This document shows, piece after piece, positions 19,697 to 29,531 of a stretch of 64,000 nt of DNA. Numbering within the stretch: the stretch's first letter is position 1; the number at the start of each line of letters is the position of its first letter. The DNA comes from Clostridiales bacterium (GTDB taxonomy: Bacteria > Bacillota > Clostridia > Lachnospirales > CAG-274). The notes beneath the pieces were generated by a model, which ran no database searches, was not told the origin of the DNA, and saw nothing but the letters and a program-made list of their open reading frames with translations. The position numbers were made by a program, and so were the translations under genes. Location: assembly GCA_021201395.1 (NCBI GenBank), contig JAJQFB010000002.1:4306-68305 (forward strand), written 5' to 3'.

Positions 19697-19848
19697 AAAA
19701 AAAGAGTTTTCGGCCTGAGTAAAAGATTCGATTAAAGATAGGGCATAAAAAAATCGGGAGGCAGTTTAAAACGCAATTTTCAGAGGAAACGGAAAAATCG
19801 GGAAACCATGTCAAATATCTTACCTGTGAGCGAAAGGGCGTCTTTCTT

Positions 19849-20508
19849 TTGTTAATGGCAGCAGCAGGTATGATGGGGGCGTATACATACAGCTTAAGAG
19901 GCGGCGTGTTCTGCAATGCGCAAACGGCAAATGTGGTTTTGATGGCTATGGCTTTCGGCAAGGCGGAGTGGAAAGCGGATCTTTATTATCTTATTCCCAT
20001 TACGGCATATATAAGCGGCGCTTTTGTGTCGGAGGTTCTGCCGAGTCCTATTAAAAAAATGGGGTTTCTCAGGTGGGACACTTTTTTGATAGGCTTTGAA
20101 ACCCTTGTTCTTTTCGGGGTAGGGCTGATTCCCCTGTGGGCACCTCACCAGATTGTGCAGGTTATAATAAATTTTATTTGTTCCATGCAATATAACACCT
20201 TTCGTCAGGCGGAGAACGTCCCTATGGCCACCACTTTCTGCACCAATCATATCAGGCAAGTAGGCATATCCATTGCAAAGGCCTTAAGACACAGAGATTT
20301 TTCACCCTTAAAACGGGGGCTTAAACACATTCAAATGGTTTTGTGCTTTTTGGCCGGGGGTGTGGTCTCCACGGCTGCCTGCGGCATTTTCGGCGAAAAG
20401 GCCATATGGCTTGCTTTAATCCCTCTCTTGATTAACTTTGTGATTCTTGTCCACGCAGATTTGTCAATAGAAAAGGACGAAATGTGGAAAACCCCCTCAG
20501 GTCACTGA
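19849..20508 (+). CDS. DUF1275 (YoaK-like) membrane protein; the N-terminus is probably encoded from the ATG at 19808 in another frame
   Basis: Polytopic membrane protein with the GGVFCNAQTANVV block typical of DUF1275. An out-of-frame ATG at 19808 (MSNILPVSER...) would supply the missing N-terminus if one base is missing. Confidence 0.75.
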   Translation: MLMAAAGMMGAYTYSLRGGVFCNAQTANVVLMAMAFGKAEWKADLYYLIPITAYISGAFVSEVLPSPIKKMGFLRWDTFLIGFETLVLFGVGLIPLWAPHQIVQVIINFICSMQYNTFRQAENVPMATTFCTNHIRQVGISIAKALRHRDFSPLKRGLKHIQMVLCFLAGGVVSTAACGIFGEKAIWLALIPLLINFVILVHADLSIEKDEMWKTPSGH

Positions 20509-20619
20509 TAAAATTTTGCTTTATAATCAATCGAGCAGTAAGCTGCCCGTTGATTGAGCAGTCGGCCTCTCGCACTTCCGATACATTTTTAGGCTTCGGC
20601 ACATAATTTATATTTTTGG

Positions 20620-21001
20620 TTAAAAAAAGAGGTTTTCAAGCAGATATTTTTCTGTCCGAAAACCTTTTTTAACTGTATACAATATACTGCCCTCTCGGCA
20701 ACCAAGGCATTTAATTTTTTTAAATATGCATTCTCCGTATGCAACCTTTAAATCTCGCCCTTTTAAATCTTCCTCAACTTCAGCGACCGTCCGCTTGACT
20801 TTCTCTGCATCGTTCTGTGCAAAGCCCCTCCGAGCTTTCTTCAAAGTATATTCGTTTCCACTTTGCTGCTGTTTTATCACCTTGAGAAATTTCAAGCTTT
20901 CTTGCAGCTTCTTTGCAGCTTAGCCGCTCTTTTTATATTGTTTCGACTACTATAATTTTAAATTCCGATGTATATTATTTGTTTGTTTTTCCTTTTGATA
21001 T
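20620..21001 (-). pseudogene. decayed IS3-family transposase OrfA (HTH) fragment
   Basis: The reverse strand reads (I)SKGKTNK*YTSEFKIIVVETI*KERLSCKEAARKLEISQGDKTAAKWKRIYFEESSEGL... This is the IS3/IS150-type OrfA pattern with a lost ATG, two in-frame stops and later frameshifts. No OrfB follows. Confidence 0.6.
20630..20670 (+). terminator. candidate rho-independent terminator after the DUF1275 gene
   Basis: AGGTTTTC ... GAAAACCT stem followed by TTTTTT. The loop is long (~20 nt) but contains a sub-stem CAGA/TCTG. Confidence 0.45.
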
Positions 21002-21072
21002 AAATTACCCCCTTTCATCAGGTTTTTTATGGAGTGGGTGAACATAAGCCGACATAGGCTTAATATAAATCT

Positions 21073-21237
21073 TTAAGGAAACGATGGTTAATTCGCCGAA
21101 GCAGATTTGCTGCGGATTTTTTGAGTGCAAAAGGCATTTGAGGGCGTAGCCGGAGACTATGCCCTCAATGCGTGACGAAGCAATCGGAAAAATCGGCGGT
21201 GGAGCTGCGAAGAACTAATTTATCAGCGGTTCCTTAA
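21073..21237 (-). mobile_element. MITE-like palindromic repeat, copy 2 (subfamily A)
   Basis: TTAAGGAAACGATGGTTAATT...CTAATTTATCAGCGGTTCCTTAA, 165 bp. Roughly nine-tenths identical to copy 1 by eye. Ends 6 nt from the stop of the RluA-family gene. Confidence 0.8.
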
Positions 21238-21243
21238 CTTTTT

Positions 21244-22206
21244 TCACTGACGGTCAAATTCAGACCTTATAATATGCTTTATTTTTGAATTTCCGCTCCC
21301 TTTTATTTTCATGGGCTTCAGTGCCTTAAGCTCCCTGCCCTCAGGCTTAATTTCAAGCTCTCCGCAGTAGAGAAGCTGATGGTTAAGGCCGTATTTTTCC
21401 CTGAAATAACTGTTTGCTTCTTTATCTCCGTATTTTGTATCTCCGACAACAGGATAGCCTATATAAGACAAAACCGCCCTTATTTGGTGGGTCTTGCCTG
21501 TTGTAAGCTTTATTTTTAAAAGTGTGAAGCTTCCGTTATTTTTTAGAGGAAAAACCTCCGTTATTGTTTCCTTTGCTCCCTCTGAAGGCATCGGGCTTAT
21601 TTCCGCCTTGTTTTCCCTGTTTTCCGTTTTTTTGTGATAGGCCTTTATAAGCCTGTTTTCCTCCAAAACTCCCTTAACAACGGCATAATAATATTTTTCT
21701 ATAAAGTGCTCTGAAAAGCCTAAGCTTAACTCTCTTGCGCCTCTTAAGGTCTTTCCGAAAGCAACAAGCCCGCCTGTGTTCCTGTCAAGCCTGTTGCAGA
21801 CGGAAGGGGTAAAGCCATCCTTAAGCTCTCCCTTTTCCTGCATATAGGACAGCAGCCGCAGATTAAGACAGTCGCCCCCGGCCTTATCCGCCTGAGTCAG
21901 CATACCGAAAGGCTTATCGGCTGCAATTATATCTCCGTCCTCATAGACTATATCGAAATTAATATTATATTTCTTAATCCGCCGCTTATCCTTAAGGGAG
22001 AAAAAAGTTTCATCACTTAAAAAAAGGGTTATAATATCCCCTTCTTTTAAAATTTCTCCTCCGGCGGCCTTTCTGCCGTTAAGCTTTATGTTCTTTTTTC
22101 TGAGCAGCTTGTAAACAAGAGCCTTAGGGGCTTTATTTAGATATTTTAAAATAAATTTGTCAAGCCTTGAGCCCTCGTTTTCACCGCTTACGGTTATTTC
22201 TTTCAC
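21244..22206 (-). CDS. RluA-family 23S rRNA/tRNA pseudouridine synthase with N-terminal S4 domain
   Basis: Catalytic block NRLDRNTGGLV, the GKTHQIR block, and an S4-like N-terminus. Confidence 0.85.
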   Translation of the reverse strand: MKEITVSGENEGSRLDKFILKYLNKAPKALVYKLLRKKNIKLNGRKAAGGEILKEGDIITLFLSDETFFSLKDKRRIKKYNINFDIVYEDGDIIAADKPFGMLTQADKAGGDCLNLRLLSYMQEKGELKDGFTPSVCNRLDRNTGGLVAFGKTLRGARELSLGFSEHFIEKYYYAVVKGVLEENRLIKAYHKKTENRENKAEISPMPSEGAKETITEVFPLKNNGSFTLLKIKLTTGKTHQIRAVLSYIGYPVVGDTKYGDKEANSYFREKYGLNHQLLYCGELEIKPEGRELKALKPMKIKGSGNSKIKHIIRSEFDRQ

Positions 22207-22216
22207 TTTCCCTACC

Positions 22217-23320
22217 TCATGAATTTATCCACTTTAAATAAGCGTTTATAAAGCTGTCTATTTTGCCGTCCATAACGGCGCTTATATTTCCCGTTTCCTC
22301 TTCTGTTCTCAAGTCCTTAACCATTGTATAGGGCTGAAAAACATAGGAGCGAATCTGACTTCCCCATTCTATCTTCTTAACCTCTCCCCTTATATCCGCA
22401 AGCTTCTCCATCTGCTTCTCTCTTTCCATTTCATAGAGCTTGGATTTCAACATCTTCATACAGGTTTCCCTGTTTTGAAGCTGGCTTCTTTGGGTCTGAC
22501 AGCTTACAACCGTTCCCGTGGGCTTATGTATAAGCCTTACGGCTGAGGATGTCTTGTTTATATGCTGACCGCCGGCACCGCTTGAACGGAACACCTGCAT
22601 CTCTATATCATCGGGGTTAATATCAAAATCTATATCGTCGTCAATCTCAGGCATAACATCGCAGGACGCAAAGGAGGTATGTCTTTTCTTCACAGCATCA
22701 AAGGGCGAAATTCTCACAAGTCTGTGAATACCCTTTTCACTCTTCAAAAGGCCGTAGGCGTTTCCCCCCTCTACCCTAAAGGTGACGGACTTAATTCCCG
22801 CCTCGTCTCCTGCCAAACAGTCAAGCTCCTCGGCGGAAAAACCGTGGGAATCACACCACTTGCCGTACATTCTGTAGAGCATACCAGTCCAGTCGCAGGC
22901 CTCCGTTCCCCCTGCTCCCGAATGGAGAGTAACAATACAACTTTTGCCGTCATACTCTCCCGTAAGCAGGGTGGATATTCTAAGCTCCTCAAATTTATCC
23001 AAAAATTTTCCCTTAAGCTCTTTAGCCTCGGCTACATAGGCCTCATCGTTTTCTTCGTTGCCCATTTCTATAATAAGCATAATCTCCTCATAGGTATCCT
23101 TAAGGGAATTAAAGCTTTCAACCTTGTTCTTGAGCTGCTTTGTCTTTTGGAGAATTTTCTGAGCTTCATCCATATCGTTCCAAAAATCAGGGTCGCCGGC
23201 AGTTTCCTCCAGCTCCTCGATTTGGACGAGAGCCTCCTTAATATTGAGACTGTCGGAAAGCTCCTCTAATTTGTCCTCATACCTTGAAAGCTCCTGTTTA
23301 ATTTGATCAAGCGCTAACAT
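22217..23320 (-). CDS. prfB: peptide chain release factor 2, encoded in a single frame
   Basis: SPF motif (RISPFD) and GGQ motif (SGAGGQHINKT). 367 aa, contiguous from MLALDQIKQEL. Confidence 0.95.
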   Translation of the reverse strand: MLALDQIKQELSRYEDKLEELSDSLNIKEALVQIEELEETAGDPDFWNDMDEAQKILQKTKQLKNKVESFNSLKDTYEEIMLIIEMGNEENDEAYVAEAKELKGKFLDKFEELRISTLLTGEYDGKSCIVTLHSGAGGTEACDWTGMLYRMYGKWCDSHGFSAEELDCLAGDEAGIKSVTFRVEGGNAYGLLKSEKGIHRLVRISPFDAVKKRHTSFASCDVMPEIDDDIDFDINPDDIEMQVFRSSGAGGQHINKTSSAVRLIHKPTGTVVSCQTQRSQLQNRETCMKMLKSKLYEMEREKQMEKLADIRGEVKKIEWGSQIRSYVFQPYTMVKDLRTEEETGNISAVMDGKIDSFINAYLKWINS

Positions 23321-23368
23321 ACACTACACACCTTTCATTCACACAACCTATTATTATTCTCTTGCGTT

Positions 23369-25948
23369 TTATGCGTTTCTTCCGCAGCAGTGTTTATACT
23401 TCTTTCCGCTGCCGCAGGGGCAGGGATCGTTCCTGCCTACTTTCTTTTCCTTTCTTACCTTAGGGCCGCTTACGTTGCTGTCGTCTTTATTTGTGGCTAT
23501 GGGCTGGGCAACCTGTTCTCTTTCAACGGGAACCGCCGGACGGACGTGGAAAAGCCCTCTTACAACATCTCTCTGAATATTTTCGCTTAACTCATTAAAC
23601 ATATCGAAGCTCTGGAATTTATATTCAACAAGAGGGTCCCTCTGGGCAAGAGCGTGGAGGCTTACCCCCTGGCGCATCTGATCCATATCGTCAATATGGC
23701 TCATCCATTTCTGGTCTACAACCCTGAGAGTAATAACTCTCTCAACCTCTCTGAGTTCTTCGGAGCCGAATTCCTCCTCCTTAACCTCATAGGCCGCCTT
23801 TGCTTCCTCAATAAGCTTCTCTTCGATTTCAGCGGAAGAAACAGAATTTTCCTTAAGCTCCTGTTCCGTTAAAATAATAGGCGGCAGCATAAATATGTTG
23901 GACATACTCTCGTTAAGGGAGGTCATATCCCACTCGTCCGTGTTTGAATCCGTCGGGGCGTGAAGAGCAACCTCTCTCTTTATAACGGCCTCCGCCATAC
24001 CCAAAATTTTATCCTTAAGGCTTGCTCCCGAAAGAACTTCACGTCTTTGGGCATATATAATCTCTCTCTGTTCATTGTTTACCTGATCATATTCAAGCAA
24101 ATGCTTTCTTGTTGCAAAGTTGTTTCCCTCAACCTTTTTCTGCGCATTTTCTATGGCCCTTGTAAGCATCTTCGCCTCTATGGGTTCGTCCTCCGCAAGA
24201 CCCATAGCCGCAATGGCCTTTCCTACTTTCTCGGAGCCGAAAAGACGCATAAGGTCGTCCTCAAGGGAGATAAAAAATCTGGATTCTCCGGGGTCGCCCT
24301 GTCTGCCCGAACGGCCTCTTAGCTGATTGTCGATACGTCTTGATTCGTGTCTTTCCGTACCTATAATCTTAAGGCCTCCGAGTTCCGCTACGCCCTCGCC
24401 CAGCTTAATATCGGTACCTCTTCCGGCCATATTGGTGGCAATAGTAACCGTCTTAGCCTCTCCGGCAAGGGCTACAATCTCGGCTTCCTTAGCGTGATAT
24501 TTGGCGTTCAAAACCTGATGGGGTATGTGTTCCTTTTTAAGCATTTTGCTCAAGACCTCTGACTTGTCTATGGTTATCGTGCCTACAAGAACAGGCTGAC
24601 CCTTTTCATAAGAGGCCTTTATCTCATTTACAACAGCTCTCAGCTTTCCTGCTTCGGTCTGGTAAACCCGGTCGCCTAAATCCTTTCTTATAACGGGTAC
24701 GTTTGTGGGAATACAGACAACGTCCATACCGTAAATTTGGCGGAATTCCCCCTCTTCCGTCTGGGCTGTACCTGTCATACCTGCTTTCTTGTCATATTTA
24801 TTGAAGAAGTTTTGGAAAGTTATGGTAGCAAGGGTCTTGCTCTCTCTTTTAACCTCTACCCCCTCTTTCGCCTCTATAGCCTGGTGTAAGCCGTCGGAAT
24901 ATCTTCTTCCGGGCATAAGACGGCCCGTAAATTCGTCTACGATAACGATCTGACCTTCTTCGCTTACAACATAGTCCTGGTCTAAGTGCATATTGTAGTT
25001 AGCCTTAAGGGCATTGTTTATATAGTGCTGAAGCTCCATATTTTCGGGGTCGGAAAGGTTTGTAACGGCAAAATATCTCTCAGCCTTTAAAATACCCTCC
25101 TGAGTAAGGGAAACCGTTTTTCCCTTTTCATCAACGACAAAGTCGCCCTCTTCCTGCATTTCTTCTCTTATAAGGGGATTAAGGGCTTCCTGTTCGTTTA
25201 AAATGCGTCCGGCGGTTAAGGTTCTGGCGAAAGCGTTGGCAAGCTCGTAAAGCTTTGTAGACTTTCCTGCCGCTCCGGAAATAATAAGGGGGGTTCTGGC
25301 CTCGTCAATGAGAACGGAGTCAACCTCGTCCACAATGGCGTAGTGAAGCCCTCTCTGAACCATATCCTTTTCATAAACAACCATATTGTCTCTCAGGTAG
25401 TCAAAGCCCAGCTCATTGTTGGTTGAATAGGTAATGTCGCAGTTATAGGCCTCCTGCTTTTCCTCCCTGCTCATATCGTGGAGGTTTACCCCGACCGTAA
25501 GCCCCAAAAATTCGTGAATCTGCCCCATCCACTCTGCGTCACGCTTGGCAAGGTATTCATTTACGGTAACTATATGAACACCCTTTCCCTCAAGGGCGTT
25601 AAGATAAGCCGGAAGTGTAGCCACAAGGGTCTTGCCCTCGCCTGTTTTCATCTCGGAAATTCTGCCCTGGTGCAAAACAACGCCCCCTATAAGCTGAACG
25701 TCAAAGTGACGCATATTAAGGGTTCTCTTTCCCGCCTCTCTTACAACCGCAAAGGCTTCGGGGAGAATATCGTCAAGAGTCTTTCCCTCCTCCAAAAGCC
25801 CCTTAAAATAAGGTGTCTTTGCCTTAAGCTCCTCGTCGGAAAGCTTCTCCATTTCCGCCTCATAGCCGTTAATCTCAGCCACAATGGGCTTAATCCTCTT
25901 AAGCTCCTTGTCGCTGTATGTTCCGAAAATTTTTTCAAATATATTCAT
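23369..25948 (-). CDS. secA: preprotein translocase ATPase SecA
   Basis: DEAD-like motor motifs ([28 protein letters not shown]) and C-terminal zinc motif [14 protein letters not shown]. 859 aa. Confidence 0.97.
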   Translation of the reverse strand: MNIFEKIFGTYSDKELKRIKPIVAEINGYEAEMEKLSDEELKAKTPYFKGLLEEGKTLDDILPEAFAVVREAGKRTLNMRHFDVQLIGGVVLHQGRISEMKTGEGKTLVATLPAYLNALEGKGVHIVTVNEYLAKRDAEWMGQIHEFLGLTVGVNLHDMSREEKQEAYNCDITYSTNNELGFDYLRDNMVVYEKDMVQRGLHYAIVDEVDSVLIDEARTPLIISGAAGKSTKLYELANAFARTLTAGRILNEQEALNPLIREEMQEEGDFVVDEKGKTVSLTQEGILKAERYFAVTNLSDPENMELQHYINNALKANYNMHLDQDYVVSEEGQIVIVDEFTGRLMPGRRYSDGLHQAIEAKEGVEVKRESKTLATITFQNFFNKYDKKAGMTGTAQTEEGEFRQIYGMDVVCIPTNVPVIRKDLGDRVYQTEAGKLRAVVNEIKASYEKGQPVLVGTITIDKSEVLSKMLKKEHIPHQVLNAKYHAKEAEIVALAGEAKTVTIATNMAGRGTDIKLGEGVAELGGLKIIGTERHESRRIDNQLRGRSGRQGDPGESRFFISLEDDLMRLFGSEKVGKAIAAMGLAEDEPIEAKMLTRAIENAQKKVEGNNFATRKHLLEYDQVNNEQREIIYAQRREVLSGASLKDKILGMAEAVIKREVALHAPTDSNTDEWDMTSLNESMSNIFMLPPIILTEQELKENSVSSAEIEEKLIEEAKAAYEVKEEEFGSEELREVERVITLRVVDQKWMSHIDDMDQMRQGVSLHALAQRDPLVEYKFQSFDMFNELSENIQRDVVRGLFHVRPAVPVEREQVAQPIATNKDDSNVSGPKVRKEKKVGRNDPCPCGSGKKYKHCCGRNA

Positions 25949-26160
25949 AAACCGCAGCTCCTTAATTTTTCTTAAAGTTAATAAATTTGTCTATAACAAA
26001 CGTATGTAAAAATATACGCTTACTTTCCCATTATCCTAATCATCTATATAGTTTAACACACTTACATACGCATATACAACAAAAATGTTTCAAAATTTAA
26101 AAAATTAATAATTTTTAATATTTTCACCTAAAGACCGTCTGTATTTTAAAAATTGCAGAC

Positions 26161-26189
26161 TTGTCTGCCGCCGCAGTTTATAATATAAT
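26161..26189 (+). promoter_or_regulatory. sigma-A-type promoter in the secA/ABC intergenic region
   Basis: TTGTCT (26161-26166), 17-nt spacer, TATAAT (26184-26189). Followed by RBS GGGAGG (about 26221) and an ATG at 26235. Confidence 0.4.
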
Positions 26190-26479
26190 ATTATTGCAAG
26201 AGGAACGCAATTATAATAACGGGAGGTGTCATAAATGCCAAACGATGCCGAAACAATAGAATTTTAGCCGGAAAGCTTGAAAGAGCACGCATATTAAACG
26301 ATTTAAAAGACTGTAAAAGTCTTGAGGATTTTCAAGCTCTTAAGCAAAAATACGAAAATTCTTGCAATAATGATAAAAATTAAAAAGTTTGTTAGTCTAA
26401 GGAATTTTTTTAAAGAAAAATGTCTTAAATACAAAGCGCTTCTATTCATCATCCGTTAAAATATAATTTTTTAAAAATC

Positions 26480-26520
26480 AATAACCCTTGAAGCTAAAAC
26501 CGTTTCAAGGGTTATTTTTA
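26480..26520. terminator. bidirectional rho-independent terminator
   Basis: AATAACCCTTGAA-loop-TTCAAGGGTTATT with T-runs on both strands. Lies directly downstream of the ABC ATPase stop (26535, minus). Confidence 0.65.
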
Positions 26521-26534
26521 TCGTTATAATTTTT

Positions 26535-27275
26535 TTACAAAACCTTGTCCAAAAATTCTTTCAGACGGTCGCTCTTGGGGTTTGCAAAGAACTCGTTCGG
26601 CTCGTTTTCCTCCAGAATTTTGCCGTTTTCCATAAAGATTACACGGGTGGCCACCTCTCTGGCGAAGCCCATTTCGTGAGTAACAACAATCATAGTCATA
26701 TTTTGTTTTGCAAGGGCTTTCATAACGTCCAAAACCTCTCCTACCATTTCAGGGTCAAGGGCGGAGGTAGGCTCATCGAAAAGCATTACGTCCGGCTCCA
26801 TACAGAGGGCTCTTACTATGGCTATTCTCTGCTTCTGGCCGCCTGAGAGCTGTGAAGGGTAGTTGTCCGCCCTGTCCGCAAGACCTACCCTCTCCAAAAG
26901 CTCCATAGCTTTTTTCTCGGCCTCGGCCTTGCTCTTTTTAAGAAGCTTCATAGGCCCTATAGTCAGGTTTTTCATAATTGTCATATGAGGGAAAAGGTTG
27001 AACTGCTGAAAAACCATACCCATTTTCTGCCTGTGTTTGTTTATATTGTTTTTCGGGTCTGTTATGTCAACGCCCTCAAAATAAATATGTCCCTCCGTAG
27101 GAATCTCAAGCAGGTTAAAGCATCTCAAAAAGGTGGACTTTCCTGAGCCCGAGGGGCCGATTACAACCACAACCTCTCCGTTATAGATATTGTTGTTTAT
27201 GTTGTCAAGAGCCTTTGTGGTAGTAAATATTTTTGAAAGATTTTCAACTCTTATAAGGGGTTCTTTATCTGTCAC
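26535..27275 (-). CDS. amino acid ABC transporter ATP-binding protein
   Basis: Walker [10 protein letters not shown], signature LSGGQKQR, Walker [12 protein letters not shown]. GlnQ/ArtP-like, 246 aa. Confidence 0.9.
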   Translation of the reverse strand: MTDKEPLIRVENLSKIFTTTKALDNINNNIYNGEVVVVIGPSGSGKSTFLRCFNLLEIPTEGHIYFEGVDITDPKNNINKHRQKMGMVFQQFNLFPHMTIMKNLTIGPMKLLKKSKAEAEKKAMELLERVGLADRADNYPSQLSGGQKQRIAIVRALCMEPDVMLFDEPTSALDPEMVGEVLDVMKALAKQNMTMIVVTHEMGFAREVATRVIFMENGKILEENEPNEFFANPKSDRLKEFLDKVL

Positions 27276-28047
27276 TTGAATTCAGCCTCCTTTCAAGACG
27301 AGCCGACAGCGAACGCAGAATCGAAACTATAACGAGATAAATAAGGGCTGCGGCGATAAGGGGGAAGAATGCACTGTAGGTACGGCTCTTTATAAGCAGC
27401 GCCGCCGCAAGGAGATCCTGCAGGGCTACCATACTTGCAACGGAAGTTTCCTTAAGGAGAACCACAAGCTCGTTGCAGAGAGCCGGAAGCGTACTCTTAA
27501 GAGCCTGGGGAATAACAATGTAAACCATTGTGGATATATAGCCGAAGCCCAAGCTCCTGCCGGCTTCCTCCTGACCGGAGTCAACGCCGTTTAAGCCCCC
27601 TCTTATAATTTCTGCTATGTATGCGCTTGAGTTAATGGTAAAGCCTAAGGTAGCCACAAAAATCTTATTTGTGGAGTTTGCCAAAATTACAAAATAAATT
27701 ATCATAATCTGAACGATTGTAGGCGTACCCTGTATAATATTCAGATAAATTTTGCATATAAGATTGAGAACCGAAAGTATTACCCTGCCTATTTTTCCCT
27801 TAAGGGAAAGTTTTTTGACGTCTTTCCTGCCGTCGTAGCTTACTCTTATTATGGCTATTATAAGCCCTAAAATAAGGCCGAAAATAAAGGCGAAAACAGT
27901 AAGCCTTATTGTAATTGCAAGGCCGTTTAAAAGCCATCTCCAACGGCTTTCCGATATAAAATTGTTATACAGCTCCGTCACAAACCACTGAGCCTTTTCG
28001 GGAGATGTAAAAAAAGCAATTATATTATAAATTATGTTATTTTCCAT
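27265..28047 (-). CDS. amino acid ABC transporter permease
   Basis: Polytopic protein with the EAA-like loop ([23 protein letters not shown]) typical of polar amino-acid permeases. Confidence 0.9.
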   Translation of the reverse strand: MENNIIYNIIAFFTSPEKAQWFVTELYNNFISESRWRWLLNGLAITIRLTVFAFIFGLILGLIIAIIRVSYDGRKDVKKLSLKGKIGRVILSVLNLICKIYLNIIQGTPTIVQIMIIYFVILANSTNKIFVATLGFTINSSAYIAEIIRGGLNGVDSGQEEAGRSLGFGYISTMVYIVIPQALKSTLPALCNELVVLLKETSVASMVALQDLLAAALLIKSRTYSAFFPLIAAALIYLVIVSILRSLSARLERRLNSSDR

Positions 28048-28102
28048 ATTTTACCCTCAAAATAAGGGTGTGTATAAAACACGCCCTTGTTAAAATTCAA
28101 TA

Positions 28103-28960
28103 TTATTCTTCGATGTTTAAATATTTGTCAAGAATTTCCTGTAACTCTCCGCTTTCTTCCAACTCGTCAAGAGCCTCATTTATGGCATCAAGAAGAGCAG
28201 TATTTTCCTTTGCAACCGCAATGGCATATTCTTCTGATGTAAGAAGCTCGTCAAGAACAACAAGACCTGTTGAATTGGCAACTATCTTCTTTGAAGGCTC
28301 ATTGTCCAAAACAATAGCGTCAATCTTTCCCGTAAGAAGCGACTGGGCAGCATCGGGGCCGTTTGAAAATCTTTCAACGCTTGCTGCGCCTATGCCGTTT
28401 TCTTCCGTGGAAACATATTCGTCTCCTGTTGTTCCTCTCTGAACGCCTACAATTTTGCCTTCCAAATCGGCAGCAGAAGTAATGTCGGAGCCTTCGGGAA
28501 CAATTATAGCCTGTCCTGCTTCAACATAGGGGTCGGAGAAGTTTACGTTGTTAAGTCTTTCTTCGTTTACGGTCATACCGGCAAGGCCGATGTCAACCTT
28601 TCCCGTTGTTACTGAGGGGATAACAGCATCAAAGTCCATATTTTCAACCTGAGCCGTAAGGCCTAATTTTTCGGCAATGGCGTCTGCTATTTCGGCATCG
28701 ATACCCACAACAACATCGCCCTCCATATATTCGTAGGGTTCAAAAGCTGCGTTTGTGCCCCAAATAAGCAGGCCGTCCTGAACGGTGGTTACAGCAGAAG
28801 CTTCGGCTTCATCTGTCTCGGTTTCTTCCGCTGCATCTTCGACAGCCTCTTCCTCAGCAGCCTCCCCCTCAGTCTCGCTTGAGCTTCCGCCGCAGCCTGC
28901 GGCAGAAACAGCAAAAAAGCAGCTGAGAACAACAGCGGTTAATGTTTTAAATCTTTTCAT
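28103..28960 (-). CDS. amino acid ABC transporter substrate-binding lipoprotein
   Basis: Lipobox VSAAGCGG after the signal peptide MKRFKTLTAVVLSCFFA, an acidic linker, then a family-3 SBP fold. Start trimmed to the Met at 28960, which has a GGAGGA RBS. Confidence 0.85.
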   Translation of the reverse strand: MKRFKTLTAVVLSCFFAVSAAGCGGSSSETEGEAAEEEAVEDAAEETETDEAEASAVTTVQDGLLIWGTNAAFEPYEYMEGDVVVGIDAEIADAIAEKLGLTAQVENMDFDAVIPSVTTGKVDIGLAGMTVNEERLNNVNFSDPYVEAGQAIIVPEGSDITSAADLEGKIVGVQRGTTGDEYVSTEENGIGAASVERFSNGPDAAQSLLTGKIDAIVLDNEPSKKIVANSTGLVVLDELLTSEEYAIAVAKENTALLDAINEALDELEESGELQEILDKYLNIEE

Positions 28961-29131
28961 TTCATTTTCCTCCTTGAGAATCAATATAAGCAATGAATTG
29001 CCTTTTTTCTATTTTAGTACATATTTATTCATTTGTAAAGCATAAATTTAAAAAAATTTTATTTCACTTGTGAAGTGAAAAGTTTATTTCCGCTTTAAGT
29101 CAAAGGCTTCAAGATTTGCCGGAGGCAGTAA

Positions 29132-29284
29132 ATGATATTAATAAAAAACAAATCATTGCAAGCAGCTATTACCGCTGATAATATAATTGCCAAAATTTCC
29201 AAAGCTGCCCGAAAAACATCAATAAAAATATTATATGTTTATACAATAGACTGTTCGGTTTTAAATTATATTCAATTTCAATAG
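29132..29284 (+). CDS. candidate 50-aa small ORF (hypothetical)
   Basis: ATG preceded by GGAGG at 6-nt spacing. 50 sense codons in an AT-rich intergenic region (MILIKNKSLQAAITADNIIAKISKAARKTSIKILYVYTIDCSVLNYIQFQ). Below the ORF-track length cutoff, and no homology recognised. Confidence 0.25.
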   Translation: MILIKNKSLQAAITADNIIAKISKAARKTSIKILYVYTIDCSVLNYIQFQ

Positions 29285-29430
29285 TATATACGTACTCACC
29301 CCTAACCGCATTTTTATTTTTTTCGATATGGTTATTATAGAATATCACAAAGCGTATATCAACTATAACGGCAAAAATAAATTAATTTTTAAATTTTCTG
29401 TTTGTTCTGTTCGTTTTTTTGCAAAAGTAA

Positions 29431-29459
29431 TTGAAATGAGGGTTTAGGCGTGATATAAT
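29431..29459 (+). promoter_or_regulatory. sigma-A-type promoter for the CorC-mreB2-mutS2 genes
   Basis: TTGAAA (29431-29436), 17-nt spacer, TATAAT (29454-29459), about 70 nt upstream of the GTG at 29532. Confidence 0.45.
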
Positions 29460-29531
29460 AGAGCTTGACAACTATTTTATTTTTATTTTTTATGCAGAGC
29501 GTAAGTCCTGCGGTCTGTACAGCTTAGGAGA

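Larger units (their letters stand above)
20620..21044 (-). mobile_element. IS3-family insertion sequence remnant (left end plus OrfA only)
   Basis: A candidate outer end TGTTCACCCACTCC... (reverse strand, ending at about 21044) precedes the OrfA relic. The element is truncated about 110 bp from the DUF1275 stop. Confidence 0.45.

Noticed and set aside
19746-19804. Direct repeat AAAAATCGGGA(G/A) occurring twice in the leader of the DUF1275 gene; I considered a riboswitch or attenuator.
   Set aside because: Only 11-12 nt, with no supporting stem-loops or terminator/antiterminator alternatives, and no match to a riboswitch class I know.
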